Source: an uncultured bacterium (lineage in GTDB: Bacteria; Patescibacteriota; Saccharimonadia; UBA4664; SCTI01). From it: DNA of 64,000 bases. Each line of letters opens with the position of its first letter. The first letter of the stretch is position 1. Made by a program: the position numbers and the translations under genes. Location: contig CAVRJJ010000005.1 of NCBI GenBank assembly GCA_963721685.1, positions 311,367 through 375,366 of the forward strand, in the 5' to 3' direction. Under the pieces are notes generated by a model that ran no database searches, was not told the origin of the DNA, and saw only the letters and a list, made by a program, of their open reading frames with translations. Below are positions 48,513-57,906 of this stretch, in pieces.

Positions 48513-48516
48513 CAGT

Positions 48517-49452
48517 ATGAGGTACCGAAGCTTCGGCTCGGCGGCGGTGATCGCCGCCGCATTATTATTTAGTTTGGATGCGCTGCTGCGGGTGAAGCTT
48601 TATAGCCTACCCCCTTCAGTCATCGTATTTTGGGAGCATATTTTAGGATTTTTAATCCTAGCGCCAATCGTCTTTTTGAGCTTTAGGCGATTTAAGGAGT
48701 TCACCCGCAAGCAATGGTGGGCTATTATTGGTGTGGCATTGTTGTCCGGAGCGGTGGGAACCATTTTATATACTACAGCCCTAACAAAGATCCAGTTTAT
48801 TCCTTTTTCCGTTGTAGTGCTTTTTCAGCAGTTGCAGCCAATTTTTGCTACGGCCACGGCCGCAATCCTTTTGAAGGAGCCACTGACAAAGAAATTTTTA
48901 GGATTAGCGGTACTAGCTCTAGGTGCGGCTTACTTTGTGTCCTTTCCTAATTTAATGGTAAACTGGTCAACGGGGAATGAAACGCTGATCGCCGCGTTGT
49001 TGGCGTTAGGGGCAGCTATTGCCTGGGGCAGCTCAACCGCATTTTCCAAGTATGCCCTCAAGGGTACTTCGACACTACATGTTACCGCGGCGCGTTTCGG
49101 GATTGCTCCGTTCTTCGCACTCGCGATCATCTTTATGCTGGGCGACAGTGGGGCAGTCTTTGCGGTTCAGCCGGTTCAATGGCTTTATCTATTGGCAATC
49201 ACCTTTTCAACCGGGTTGGTGGCTTTGGCAATCTACTACTTTGGTTTAAAACGAATTCCAGCGTCACGGGCAACCATTCTTGAACTTACCTGGCCGCTCT
49301 CTGCAGTGGTTATCGGCTACGTCCATTTTGGACAACGACTGTCCCTTACCCAAATTCTTGGAGGTATCGTATTAATAACAGCGGTCTACTTAATTGCCCG
49401 CGACGCACAAGCGATAGCGGCTAAAACCCCGGATAAGCTACCAAAAAGCTAA
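48517..49452 (+). CDS. EamA/DMT transporter, probable riboflavin transporter (RibN-like by context)
   Basis: About 10 TMs; QP.F....A..LLKE and GLKRIPA..A...EL..P motifs; downstream of the FMN riboswitch. Confidence 0.85.
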   Translation: MRYRSFGSAAVIAAALLFSLDALLRVKLYSLPPSVIVFWEHILGFLILAPIVFLSFRRFKEFTRKQWWAIIGVALLSGAVGTILYTTALTKIQFIPFSVVVLFQQLQPIFATATAAILLKEPLTKKFLGLAVLALGAAYFVSFPNLMVNWSTGNETLIAALLALGAAIAWGSSTAFSKYALKGTSTLHVTAARFGIAPFFALAIIFMLGDSGAVFAVQPVQWLYLLAITFSTGLVALAIYYFGLKRIPASRATILELTWPLSAVVIGYVHFGQRLSLTQILGGIVLITAVYLIARDAQAIAAKTPDKLPKS

Positions 49453-49454
49453 GC

Positions 49455-49979
49455 TTACTTTAATTGATTTTCTAAGGTTCGTTCGAGGTCGGCGCTGCGA
49501 ACCGGCCGCAGCATTTCATAAAGATCGGGGTCGTCCTTAACGTTGATGCCATTCTTTTCCAGGAGCAGTATCAGCAACTCAATAACTTTGGTAACCTCGC
49601 CTTCGGTAATTGAATTAACCTGCATATCGACTTCCTCGCGAATTTCAGCAATCTTCGCTGCCCGGTTTTGTGAGATGAGGACAATAATGGCCAAGAAAAT
49701 CGCTTCCAGCGAGACGATCATCGTCAGCAAACCAAAGGGAAAGGGATCAAAAATTTCTATGCCGGCAATATGGCCGGTATTGATGGCGATCCAGATGGCA
49801 AACCACGTGGCGTTAAGAGCCAGAAATAAAACCGTTCCAAATTTGGATGTAAGGCCATCGGCAAAACGAGCACTAAAATTACGTTTCTTATCGGCTTTAA
49901 CCCGGTAGCTTTTAATAATTCGGCGCCGGTGGCGCATCTTTTCTTCGTGCGGCGGCCGCGGTTCTTCTTGTATATCCAT
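49455..49979 (-). CDS. DUF1003 domain membrane protein
   Basis: FDPFPFGLL..VSLEAIFL...VLISQNR motif. Confidence 0.9.
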   Translation of the reverse strand: MDIQEEPRPPHEEKMRHRRRIIKSYRVKADKKRNFSARFADGLTSKFGTVLFLALNATWFAIWIAINTGHIAGIEIFDPFPFGLLTMIVSLEAIFLAIIVLISQNRAAKIAEIREEVDMQVNSITEGEVTKVIELLILLLEKNGINVKDDPDLYEMLRPVRSADLERTLENQLK

Positions 49980-50031
49980 ATGCCTGTTATAGCATGAGCA
50001 CGATAAGATGTCACGTGATATAATCCAGGTC

Positions 50032-50433
50032 ATGATGCCGATTAGAAGCTTTTTGCGCTTGGCAGCGATCGTAACATTTCTACTGGGGATGGGTTTAATG
50101 CTCTTTCCGGCGCCAATCCTTACCTACTTCGCGGAAGGCCAAATGCCCAATGATGTGCACTTTGTCCGATTCCTAGGAACCGCCCTCATTGGTTTTGGCG
50201 CATTGAACTGGGCAAGCAGCAACCTGAGCGAACCCAGGGCATTGATGCCTGCCCTTTATGCCAACGCGACCAGTTTATTGCTGGGAGTTTTAATTGATGT
50301 CATCGGTTTGGTTGCTGGGAGGCTTAACCAGCGAGCATGGTTAATATTGGCTCTGCATGTGGTGTTTGGGGCTGGCTTTGCCTATTACCTGAATAAATTC
50401 CGAAAAGCCGTCTCCAATTCGGCCCATTCTTAG
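50032..50433 (+). CDS. small four-TM membrane protein
   Basis: Four hydrophobic helices. Confidence 0.6.
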   Translation: MMPIRSFLRLAAIVTFLLGMGLMLFPAPILTYFAEGQMPNDVHFVRFLGTALIGFGALNWASSNLSEPRALMPALYANATSLLLGVLIDVIGLVAGRLNQRAWLILALHVVFGAGFAYYLNKFRKAVSNSAHS

Positions 50434-51173
50434 GCTTGGCCAGCAGCGGCTGAGTCGACGAGCCACAAAAGATTACCGGACTGTGGATTCACCATGCTAG
50501 CTGGCGGAAATCCATGGCCTTCAAACTTCTTATGATTTTGAACGGCCTGAAACGCCGCGTGCTTATCGGATCCAGTGGCTAAAAACATTACATGATGGGC
50601 AGTGTTAATAAGGGGCAAGGTAAAAGTTACACGGTCAACGGGTGGAGGCAGTGCGCCGGGCGGCGAGCTGACTACTAAGCGTTCTGATTCCTTAAGTGAG
50701 GGTTGGCCAGGAAAGAGGGAAGCGGTGTGACCATCTGAGCCAAGGCCGAGAAGGATAAGGTCGAAAGAGGGGAGACCGCTTTGTCCAGCTGGGACAACTG
50801 TTCGAATTGTCTGTTCGTAGGCCGCGGCAGTCTCATCGGGAGTTCCAGATCCAACTGGGACGGCGTGAATGTGGTCTGGGAGGAGGTCAAGTTTCGACAA
50901 CAATGCGCCGTGGGCGGCGCGGTAGTTGCTGTGTTCGTCATTTTGCGGAACCAGGCGTTCATCGCTCCAGAAAATCTGCCAATGAGTCCAGTCAATCTTG
51001 TCGCGCCATTCGGGCGCGGCAAGCAGCTCGTATAGTGCAAGGGGAGTCGACCCGCCGGATAGGGCAATAGTAAAGGAGCCGTGATTTGGGATTGCTTGGT
51101 TGGCTATGCCCGCAATTTGCTGCGCCGCGGCTTCATAGAGATCTTCCTTATTAGGGTAAACCGATATATTCAT
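50430..51173 (-). CDS. pgl: 6-phosphogluconolactonase
   Basis: ALSGGSTP, DERLVP...SN, LGLGSDGHTASLFP and RVTFT motifs. Confidence 0.95.
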   Translation of the reverse strand: MNISVYPNKEDLYEAAAQQIAGIANQAIPNHGSFTIALSGGSTPLALYELLAAPEWRDKIDWTHWQIFWSDERLVPQNDEHSNYRAAHGALLSKLDLLPDHIHAVPVGSGTPDETAAAYEQTIRTVVPAGQSGLPSFDLILLGLGSDGHTASLFPGQPSLKESERLVVSSPPGALPPPVDRVTFTLPLINTAHHVMFLATGSDKHAAFQAVQNHKKFEGHGFPPASMVNPQSGNLLWLVDSAAAGQA

Positions 51174-51292
51174 GTAGCTATCCTAGCATGTGCTTATTAT
51201 GAATGGTTCGGATAGGACACCGCCGAAGCGCCGTCCTATCCGTGGATGCTGCCAGCCAGGCTTCAGCTGGCAGCATATGTTGTGGTCAAATT

Positions 51293-51745
51293 TTAGTCGC
51301 CTCTTCCCCACGTCATCACCGAGCGTCGCGGGGTCGGCGGTTGGTCATTGAACATCTCCAGGTAAGCCAACCCTACAGCTACTACGTCTCTTTTGCTCAC
51401 CTGAGTTCGTATTTTGGCTGACTTCTCATTGGGGAACTGGATCTCTATCGTAACTTCGGTGGGCCTACCTGCTTGTGCCGCGGTAGTGATTTTAACGCTA
51501 TTCGGGTCGGCACGTCCTACTGCGTTTGCAACGGCGCCGAGCACGGCTATATGCGCATCTGCACCTTCACCCACTCCTGTCAGTCGCCCAACCAAGAAGT
51601 TCGATGCGGTAATTACTACCTCCGCTTCGTACCGAATTTTTCCGTCTGCCATCCCACCAGTTACGCGAACACGCTCGAAGCGTGGATTTTCGGGTACCAG
51701 TGGAAATTCATCACCTGATTTACTTGTGGCATCATCAGACACCAT
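51293..51745 (-). CDS. stand-alone LeuA/CimA-type allosteric (regulatory) domain protein
   Basis: Pattern A.V.I...G.G.G....A...A...EV.IE...D.V....AYL..FN resembles the LeuA C-terminal dimer domain; GAGGT RBS. Confidence 0.6.
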   Translation of the reverse strand: MVSDDATSKSGDEFPLVPENPRFERVRVTGGMADGKIRYEAEVVITASNFLVGRLTGVGEGADAHIAVLGAVANAVGRADPNSVKITTAAQAGRPTEVTIEIQFPNEKSAKIRTQVSKRDVVAVGLAYLEMFNDQPPTPRRSVMTWGRGD

Positions 51746-51869
51746 TACCTCGTTTCGTTGTTGTTCAAGGTACTACTTGCTATGTTCAGGTCACATTGCT
51801 TGCTGACCTAAAGCCGACTGATAATTACGTAATTCTCAACCAACTCCAGACCATAAAGGTATTGGAATT

Positions 51870-51892
51870 AAAAATCACCGCCAGTGCGGTGA
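51870..51892 (-). terminator. attenuator terminator
   Basis: Minus strand TCACCGC-ACTG-GCGGTGA followed by TTTTT, between the leader ORF and the 51745 gene. Confidence 0.65.
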
Positions 51893-51925
51893 CCGTTGAG
51901 ATTGATTATTGCCAGTTAAACGGTA

Positions 51926-52006
51926 CTACAGGGCGGCGCGAAGCAAACTCAGCAGCAGGAATGGGCTGGAGGAGGTAGGGGTTGAGTTGGTAGTTACTCT
52001 AGTCAT
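51926..52006 (-). CDS. Leu-rich leader peptide MTRVTTNSTPTSSSPFLLLSLLRAAL
   Basis: 26-aa ORF below the ORF-track cutoff; preceded by TTGACA-17nt-CACAAT. Confidence 0.65.
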   Translation of the reverse strand: MTRVTTNSTPTSSSPFLLLSLLRAAL

Positions 52007-52308
52007 TATGGAGGAGATTGTGACATATGTAACTATTTGTGTCAACCGACCGGCACGTGGGCACCCTCCCCGCATCCTCGCATGATAGTACAAAAGTTAC
52101 CTAATGAACCCCTATAAGGTAGGCAACTTTTGTACGGCTTTTAACTAATGGAAGATGTCCCTGATAATTCTAACGGTCTTTGCCTACTAATCGCCCAATC
52201 CACTATGTAGCCCCCATCTATAAGCGTTGTAAGAAAAACATTATTCGCAAATTTTTATTGTAGAGAGAGCTAATTACCATTATACTTATGCTTATAAGCA
52301 AGGGTGTG

Positions 52309-53529
52309 ATGAAGTCATTGATGCTGGGGTGGGAATTGCCCCCATATAATAGCGGCGGCCTAGGAGTGGCGTGTTACCACCTCTGTGAAGCTATGGCCGA
52401 GCGCAACATCGAGATAGATTTTGTTGTCCCTTATCTAGAAAAACACGGTGTAGAGTTTATGAATGTCATACCTGCCTTGCCGGTGCCCTCTCATATTACC
52501 CGGCGGGCAGGCGGCATTTATGACAGCCATGAATGGACTGAAGAGATGCCGGCCGGAACCGACGTAATGCCGGGCAACTTGCATCAACAGCGGGCGCATC
52601 TTACCTCCTTTACCAAACAATACGTGAAGCGCAACCGTATTGATGTTATCCATGCCCATGAGTGGCTGACCTTTGAAGCAGGAGTTGCCGCGAAAGAACT
52701 AACCGGTAAACCGCTGATCGCCCATGTTCACGCCACGGAGTTTGACCGTTCCGGTGAGCTTTACGGAAATCCGCTTGTACACGACATAGAGCAAACCGCC
52801 CTTAGCGTGGCCGATCGTATTATTGCGGTGAGTCAGCTTACTAAAGATTTGATTGTACGAAACTATGGCATTCCGGGTGAAAAGATTGAGGTAATCCATA
52901 ACGGGCTAACCCCGGCGCAGCTGCATGCCTCGGGCGACGCCGCCAGCTATCAGTATATCCGGGCCATGAAGCATCTGGGATATAAGGTGGTGGTAAACGT
53001 GGGCAGGTTAACCGCCCAAAAGGGGTTGCGTTATCTGCTTGAAGCGGCAGCCCGGGTGATTGAAAAAAATCCTAAAACCCTATTTCTGCTGGTTGGCAGC
53101 GGGGAGATCCGCAATGAGTTGATTGGCCGTTCGGCAGAACTTGGCATTTCTGAAAACATTATCTTTACCGGCTTTTTACGGGGAATCGCGTGGCGTGACG
53201 CTTTCGCGATAGGCGACTTGTTTGTTATGCCTTCGGTATCTGAGCCATTTGGCTTAACCGCCCTGGAGTCGCTGGCGTTAGGCACACCAGTGCTGCTTTC
53301 GCGTACGTGCGGGGTTGCCGAGGTTGCGCGCAATACCCTTCAAGTTGATTATTGGGATACGAGGACCATGGCCGATAATATTCTGGCTGTGCTCGACCAG
53401 CCGGCGTTGCATGATGAATTGCTTATTAACGGCCGCCGCGACATTGCCGGCATGGCTTGGAAGCGGGCGGCGGAACGTTGCGCCGACGTATATGAGTCGA
53501 CCGCGGGCTTAAAAGAGGTGCTGGCATGA
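52309..53529 (+). CDS. GT4 glycosyltransferase (glycogen/alpha-glucan synthase-like)
   Basis: GWELPP..SGGLG, HAHEW, HATEFDR and MPSVSEPFG motifs. Confidence 0.9.
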   Translation: MKSLMLGWELPPYNSGGLGVACYHLCEAMAERNIEIDFVVPYLEKHGVEFMNVIPALPVPSHITRRAGGIYDSHEWTEEMPAGTDVMPGNLHQQRAHLTSFTKQYVKRNRIDVIHAHEWLTFEAGVAAKELTGKPLIAHVHATEFDRSGELYGNPLVHDIEQTALSVADRIIAVSQLTKDLIVRNYGIPGEKIEVIHNGLTPAQLHASGDAASYQYIRAMKHLGYKVVVNVGRLTAQKGLRYLLEAAARVIEKNPKTLFLLVGSGEIRNELIGRSAELGISENIIFTGFLRGIAWRDAFAIGDLFVMPSVSEPFGLTALESLALGTPVLLSRTCGVAEVARNTLQVDYWDTRTMADNILAVLDQPALHDELLINGRRDIAGMAWKRAAERCADVYESTAGLKEVLA

Positions 53530-54731
53530 GGGCCATTTGCCTTTATATGCATGTCCATCAACCGTTTCGGGTGCGTCCCTACACGATTTTTGACGCGTCT
53601 GAAGACCATGATTACTTTAATAATCCGGAATCAGAAGCCGATAACCGGCACCAGATGCGCAAGATCGCCGAAAAGTCATATTTACCAACCAACAAAATGT
53701 TGCTGGAACTGTTAAAACGTCATCCTAAATTTAAGCTAAGCTTATCCTTATCCGGCACAGTCCTAGAGCAAATGGAGCTTTGGGCGCCCGAAGCGCTGGC
53801 ATCTTTTAAACAGCTAGTCGCTACTGGAAAAGTGGAAATTGTAGCTGAAACCTATCATCACAGCTTGGCTTTTTTCTATGACCGTGAAGAGTTTGAGCGC
53901 CAGGTTAAGCTGCATGCCAAGGTCATTTTGCACCATTTTGGGGTTAAGCCCAAAGTATTTCGTAACACCGAATTAAGCTACAATAATGAGCTCGCCCATT
54001 GGGCCGATAGCGCCGGGTATAAGGCTATTATTACCGAAGGCTGGGAGCCGGTCTTGGAGTGGCGCAGCCCCAACTACGTTTACCGCCCTGCCTTTACCAA
54101 GCAAATTCGTTTACTTATGAAGAATTACCAATTAAGCGACGATATCGCCTTCCGGTTTTCCAACCGGGAGTGGGCGGGCTGGCCATTAACCGCTGAAAAA
54201 TATGTGGGTTGGTTGAACGACCTTGACGAGGACCAAACCAACGTTAACCTGTTCATGGACTATGAAACGTTTGGGGAACACCAATGGGCAGAGACCGGCA
54301 TATACTCTTTTCTCGAGAACATGGTAGGCCAGTTTCTTAACACAAAAGCTAATACTTTTCTGACACTGAGCGACGCGGCCAAAATCATTAAGCCAGCCGA
54401 CTACATCGATATTCCGCAGACGATCACCTGGGCTGACACCGAACGCGACCTGAGCGCTTGGGTTGGTAATTCTATGCAGCAGCAAGCAATTAATTCAATG
54501 TACCAGATCGGCGACGAAGTGCTAACAACGAAAGACGCGGAACTTATTGAAGATTGGCGCCGCCTGCAGGCTTCCGATCATTTTTACTATATGTGCACAA
54601 AGTATTTTAATGACGGCGATATCCACGCCTACTTCAGCCCGTATAAGTCGCCTTATGACGCCTTCATTTATTTCATGAACGCGTTACGTGATGTAAAGTA
54701 CCGGATAGCGGCCAGCCAAGGCAAACTCTAG
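53526..54731 (+). CDS. GH57 alpha-amylase family protein
   Basis: HQP.R, ETYHHSL, RNTEL, FMDYETFGEH and SDHFYYM motifs. Confidence 0.93.
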   Translation: MRAICLYMHVHQPFRVRPYTIFDASEDHDYFNNPESEADNRHQMRKIAEKSYLPTNKMLLELLKRHPKFKLSLSLSGTVLEQMELWAPEALASFKQLVATGKVEIVAETYHHSLAFFYDREEFERQVKLHAKVILHHFGVKPKVFRNTELSYNNELAHWADSAGYKAIITEGWEPVLEWRSPNYVYRPAFTKQIRLLMKNYQLSDDIAFRFSNREWAGWPLTAEKYVGWLNDLDEDQTNVNLFMDYETFGEHQWAETGIYSFLENMVGQFLNTKANTFLTLSDAAKIIKPADYIDIPQTITWADTERDLSAWVGNSMQQQAINSMYQIGDEVLTTKDAELIEDWRRLQASDHFYYMCTKYFNDGDIHAYFSPYKSPYDAFIYFMNALRDVKYRIAASQGKL

Positions 54732-56662
54732 TGGCCCGCCACATTATCCTCAGCAACGGTGAGATGCTGGTTGGCCTCGATGAATATGGGTTGGTCCATG
54801 ACGTTTATTACCCCTACATCGGCCAAGAAAACCACGCGACCGCCCGCTATATCCATCATCGCATTGGCGTATGGGTTGAAGGTACGTTTAGCTGGCTGGA
54901 TGATGGAACCTGGGAGATAGGGACGAATTATGAAGAAGCAACCTTGATCGGCCAAGTTACGGCCTACCATGCCGGCTTGCGGGTTCGGATAGAGACCTGT
55001 GATTTCATTGACGCAGATGACTGCGTGTTAGCACGGCGTTACTGGATTACCAATGAAGGAGACGGGGAGCGTGAAATCCGGCTGTTTTTACACCAGGCTT
55101 TCCGCATAAGCAATTCCAACCAAGGCGGCACCGCGCAGTACCACCCCAAAGATCATGTCTTAGTGCACTACAAGGGGCGGCGGGCATTCGCGATCCATGC
55201 TCAAACGGCAAGCGGCACAGCCTTTGACCAATATTGTGTAGGGTTGTTTGGAATTGAGGGAAAAGAAGGTACCTACCGCGATGCCGAGGATGGTGATTTA
55301 AGCGGTAACCCGGTGGAGCACGGTATGGTGGACTCGGTTTTACGGGTGGTCCTAAAGCTTAAAAAAGGTAAGTCGGACGACGTCCAGTACTGGATGGCGG
55401 CAGCTCGTCACCCTGAAGCGGCAATCGCGCTGCACCATGAATTTAAAGCTGAAGGATTTCCCGTCCGCTATCTTGCCACTAAGCGGCTGTGGAAAGATTG
55501 GCTGCATACTAGCAAGCCTAAAATAGCTTCATTTCCGCTTAAATATCGCGCTAAAGCCGTTCAAAGCTTGTTGCTTATGAAATCCCACATTGATCAGCGC
55601 GGAGGGGTCTTGGCATCGGCCGATTCCGAGATGTTAAATTATGGCCGTGATTATTACGGTTATTGTTGGCCGCGGGATTCGGTGAATGTACTGTGGCCCT
55701 TGATTAAATTAGGATATACCGAAGAAGCGAAAAATTTCTTTGAATTTTGCGGACGAGTGAAACATAGCCATGGTTACCTTATGCATAAATATCAAATGGA
55801 CGGGGCGCTGGGCAGCAGTTGGCACCCCTACATTCACGGGGACCAGCCGGAACTGCCAATTCAGGAAGATGAAACAGCCGCGGTAGTCTTTTTAATTGAC
55901 CAATACCATCAGTATGCCGAGGACGGGGATTACGTGCGTGAGCTATACGATGTGTTGGTACGGCCGGCCGCGAACTTTATGGCCGACTATATTGATCCGG
56001 AAACGAAGCTTCCGCATGCCAGCTTCGACCTATGGGAATTTGTCTTTGGCACCCACACCTACACCGTTGCCATTACTTACGCGGCGCTTGAAGCGGCTAG
56101 CCGCCTGGCTAAGCTGTATGGCAGTATAAAGGAGGCGAAGCGTTGGCAGCGGGCGGCTGACGGGATTAAGGCGGCCGCCAACCTCCACTTATGGAATGAA
56201 CAACGCAACTATTTTTATCGGAGCTTGCGAATAGAGAAAACCGGTATGAGTTTCGATGAAACCATTGATATTGCCAGCTTGTATGGGGCCGTAACATTTG
56301 GTTTATTTGATACCACCGATGTGCGGGTCATCCAGGCACTGGAAACCGCTCAATCAACCCTGCGGGTTAATACCCCTGGCGGATGGGGGATTGCACGGTT
56401 TGAGGATGATAACTATTACCGTATGGACTCACACACCCATGGCAACCCCTGGATTGTTACCTCGTTGTGGCTGGCAAAGCTGCATAACCTTCTGGATGAT
56501 AGCTCAACATCTCAAGAGTTGTTAGATTGGGCGGCCGCGCAGATGCTTCCTTCGGGGGTTCTGGCAGAACAAATCAATCCTAAAGATGGCATTGGCGTTT
56601 CGGTAGCCCCGCTGACGTGGAGCCAAGCTGAATTTGTGGATACGCTTTTAGAGCTAAACTAA
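54731..56662 (+). CDS. GH15 glucoamylase family protein
   Basis: YCWPRD, QEDET, DLWE and EQ...PLTWS.A motifs. Confidence 0.92.
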   Translation: MARHIILSNGEMLVGLDEYGLVHDVYYPYIGQENHATARYIHHRIGVWVEGTFSWLDDGTWEIGTNYEEATLIGQVTAYHAGLRVRIETCDFIDADDCVLARRYWITNEGDGEREIRLFLHQAFRISNSNQGGTAQYHPKDHVLVHYKGRRAFAIHAQTASGTAFDQYCVGLFGIEGKEGTYRDAEDGDLSGNPVEHGMVDSVLRVVLKLKKGKSDDVQYWMAAARHPEAAIALHHEFKAEGFPVRYLATKRLWKDWLHTSKPKIASFPLKYRAKAVQSLLLMKSHIDQRGGVLASADSEMLNYGRDYYGYCWPRDSVNVLWPLIKLGYTEEAKNFFEFCGRVKHSHGYLMHKYQMDGALGSSWHPYIHGDQPELPIQEDETAAVVFLIDQYHQYAEDGDYVRELYDVLVRPAANFMADYIDPETKLPHASFDLWEFVFGTHTYTVAITYAALEAASRLAKLYGSIKEAKRWQRAADGIKAAANLHLWNEQRNYFYRSLRIEKTGMSFDETIDIASLYGAVTFGLFDTTDVRVIQALETAQSTLRVNTPGGWGIARFEDDNYYRMDSHTHGNPWIVTSLWLAKLHNLLDDSSTSQELLDWAAAQMLPSGVLAEQINPKDGIGVSVAPLTWSQAEFVDTLLELN

Positions 56663-57861
56663 GTTGCCCGTGAGCAAGTTGGGCAATTGTCTTCGCGCTT
56701 AAAGTCTTGAATCCAAACTTTTACGGCTTTGGGGAAAGGCTCGATATCGCGGTAGGCAATAAAGTCGGCTGCCCGGCGCAATAGCCAGCCCAGGCTGCCG
56801 TAACACTGGAGGTTTCGCCACGAAGCAATGGCCCAACGAGGACCAACCGGAATAACACTAATTCCTTCGGCTGATTTAAATACGCCGCGATGAGCTCCGG
56901 CCCGTGTGCGGGCAATATCTTTCGCTACAAAATCAGCTTGGGCAATCGCGTTTTGGGCAAGTCCGCCGTGTTCAACGGCGGCGTTATCGCCAATTACATA
57001 CATCCTAGGCTGGGCTTGGAGGTGGTAGTTAACCTGTACCCGTCCGTTCTTGGCGAGGGTAAACTGATTCGCGTTGGCTTTGAAAAACGGGTTGTTGGCT
57101 ATCCCAGCGGTCCACACAACGGTTTCCGTTGGAATTTTGCTGCCATTTACCGTTAACGAGTCGTCGCTGGCGGCTTCAACTTTAGCTCCGGTTACAACCT
57201 CTACTCCAAGATGCTCAAGCCGTTGCTTAACCCGCTTGGCCACCGCTTCGGGAAGACGGGGGAGTATGCGGGGCATGGCTTCAATAACCTTAATGCGGTA
57301 ATTTACTTTTCTAACCCCATGCAGTTTCACAATCCGCTCCAAGTATTCTCCAAGCGCGCCGGCCAGTTCCACGCCGGTAGGTCCTCCACCCACAATAAGA
57401 TAGTTTGCGTCGGTGGCTTGGTCTTCAATGAGTTGGTTATGGAGGTGGTGCTTAAAGGCTGTAGCGCTAGAGGTTGATTTTATCTCGTAACAGTATTCCG
57501 GCAGTCCTTTAATATGGAAGTAGTTGGTTACGCTCCCCAATGATAAGATGAGGTGGTCATATGTGTACTCCGCTTTGCTGGACATGGTTATGGTGCGTTT
57601 GGCATGATCAACCTTAACCGCGGTGTCCTTAAGGACAGTAACGGGTGTGTTTTTAAACATTTTCTTAAGTGGCAGGGCAACTTCGGTGCGGGAACCGCCG
57701 GTAGCGGTATGGTAAAGCTGGGGGTAGTAGGTGAACGTAGGGCTATCGGAGATCAGTGTTACCTTTATGTTGGATTGTTTGCCAATCAGGCGGGCTGCTC
57801 GAACGCCACCAAAACCACCACCAACAATTACGACCCTATGAGGCTGTTTGGGAACATTCAT
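56659..57861 (-). CDS. ndh: type II NADH dehydrogenase
   Basis: VIVGGGFGG, IVGGGPTGVELAG, VWTAG and IGD motifs. Confidence 0.88.
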   Translation of the reverse strand: MNVPKQPHRVVIVGGGFGGVRAARLIGKQSNIKVTLISDSPTFTYYPQLYHTATGGSRTEVALPLKKMFKNTPVTVLKDTAVKVDHAKRTITMSSKAEYTYDHLILSLGSVTNYFHIKGLPEYCYEIKSTSSATAFKHHLHNQLIEDQATDANYLIVGGGPTGVELAGALGEYLERIVKLHGVRKVNYRIKVIEAMPRILPRLPEAVAKRVKQRLEHLGVEVVTGAKVEAASDDSLTVNGSKIPTETVVWTAGIANNPFFKANANQFTLAKNGRVQVNYHLQAQPRMYVIGDNAAVEHGGLAQNAIAQADFVAKDIARTRAGAHRGVFKSAEGISVIPVGPRWAIASWRNLQCYGSLGWLLRRAADFIAYRDIEPFPKAVKVWIQDFKREDNCPTCSRAT

Positions 57862-57906
57862 CTGATATAATCATAAGCGAAACTAATCTGGAATGGCAAG
57901 GGACTA

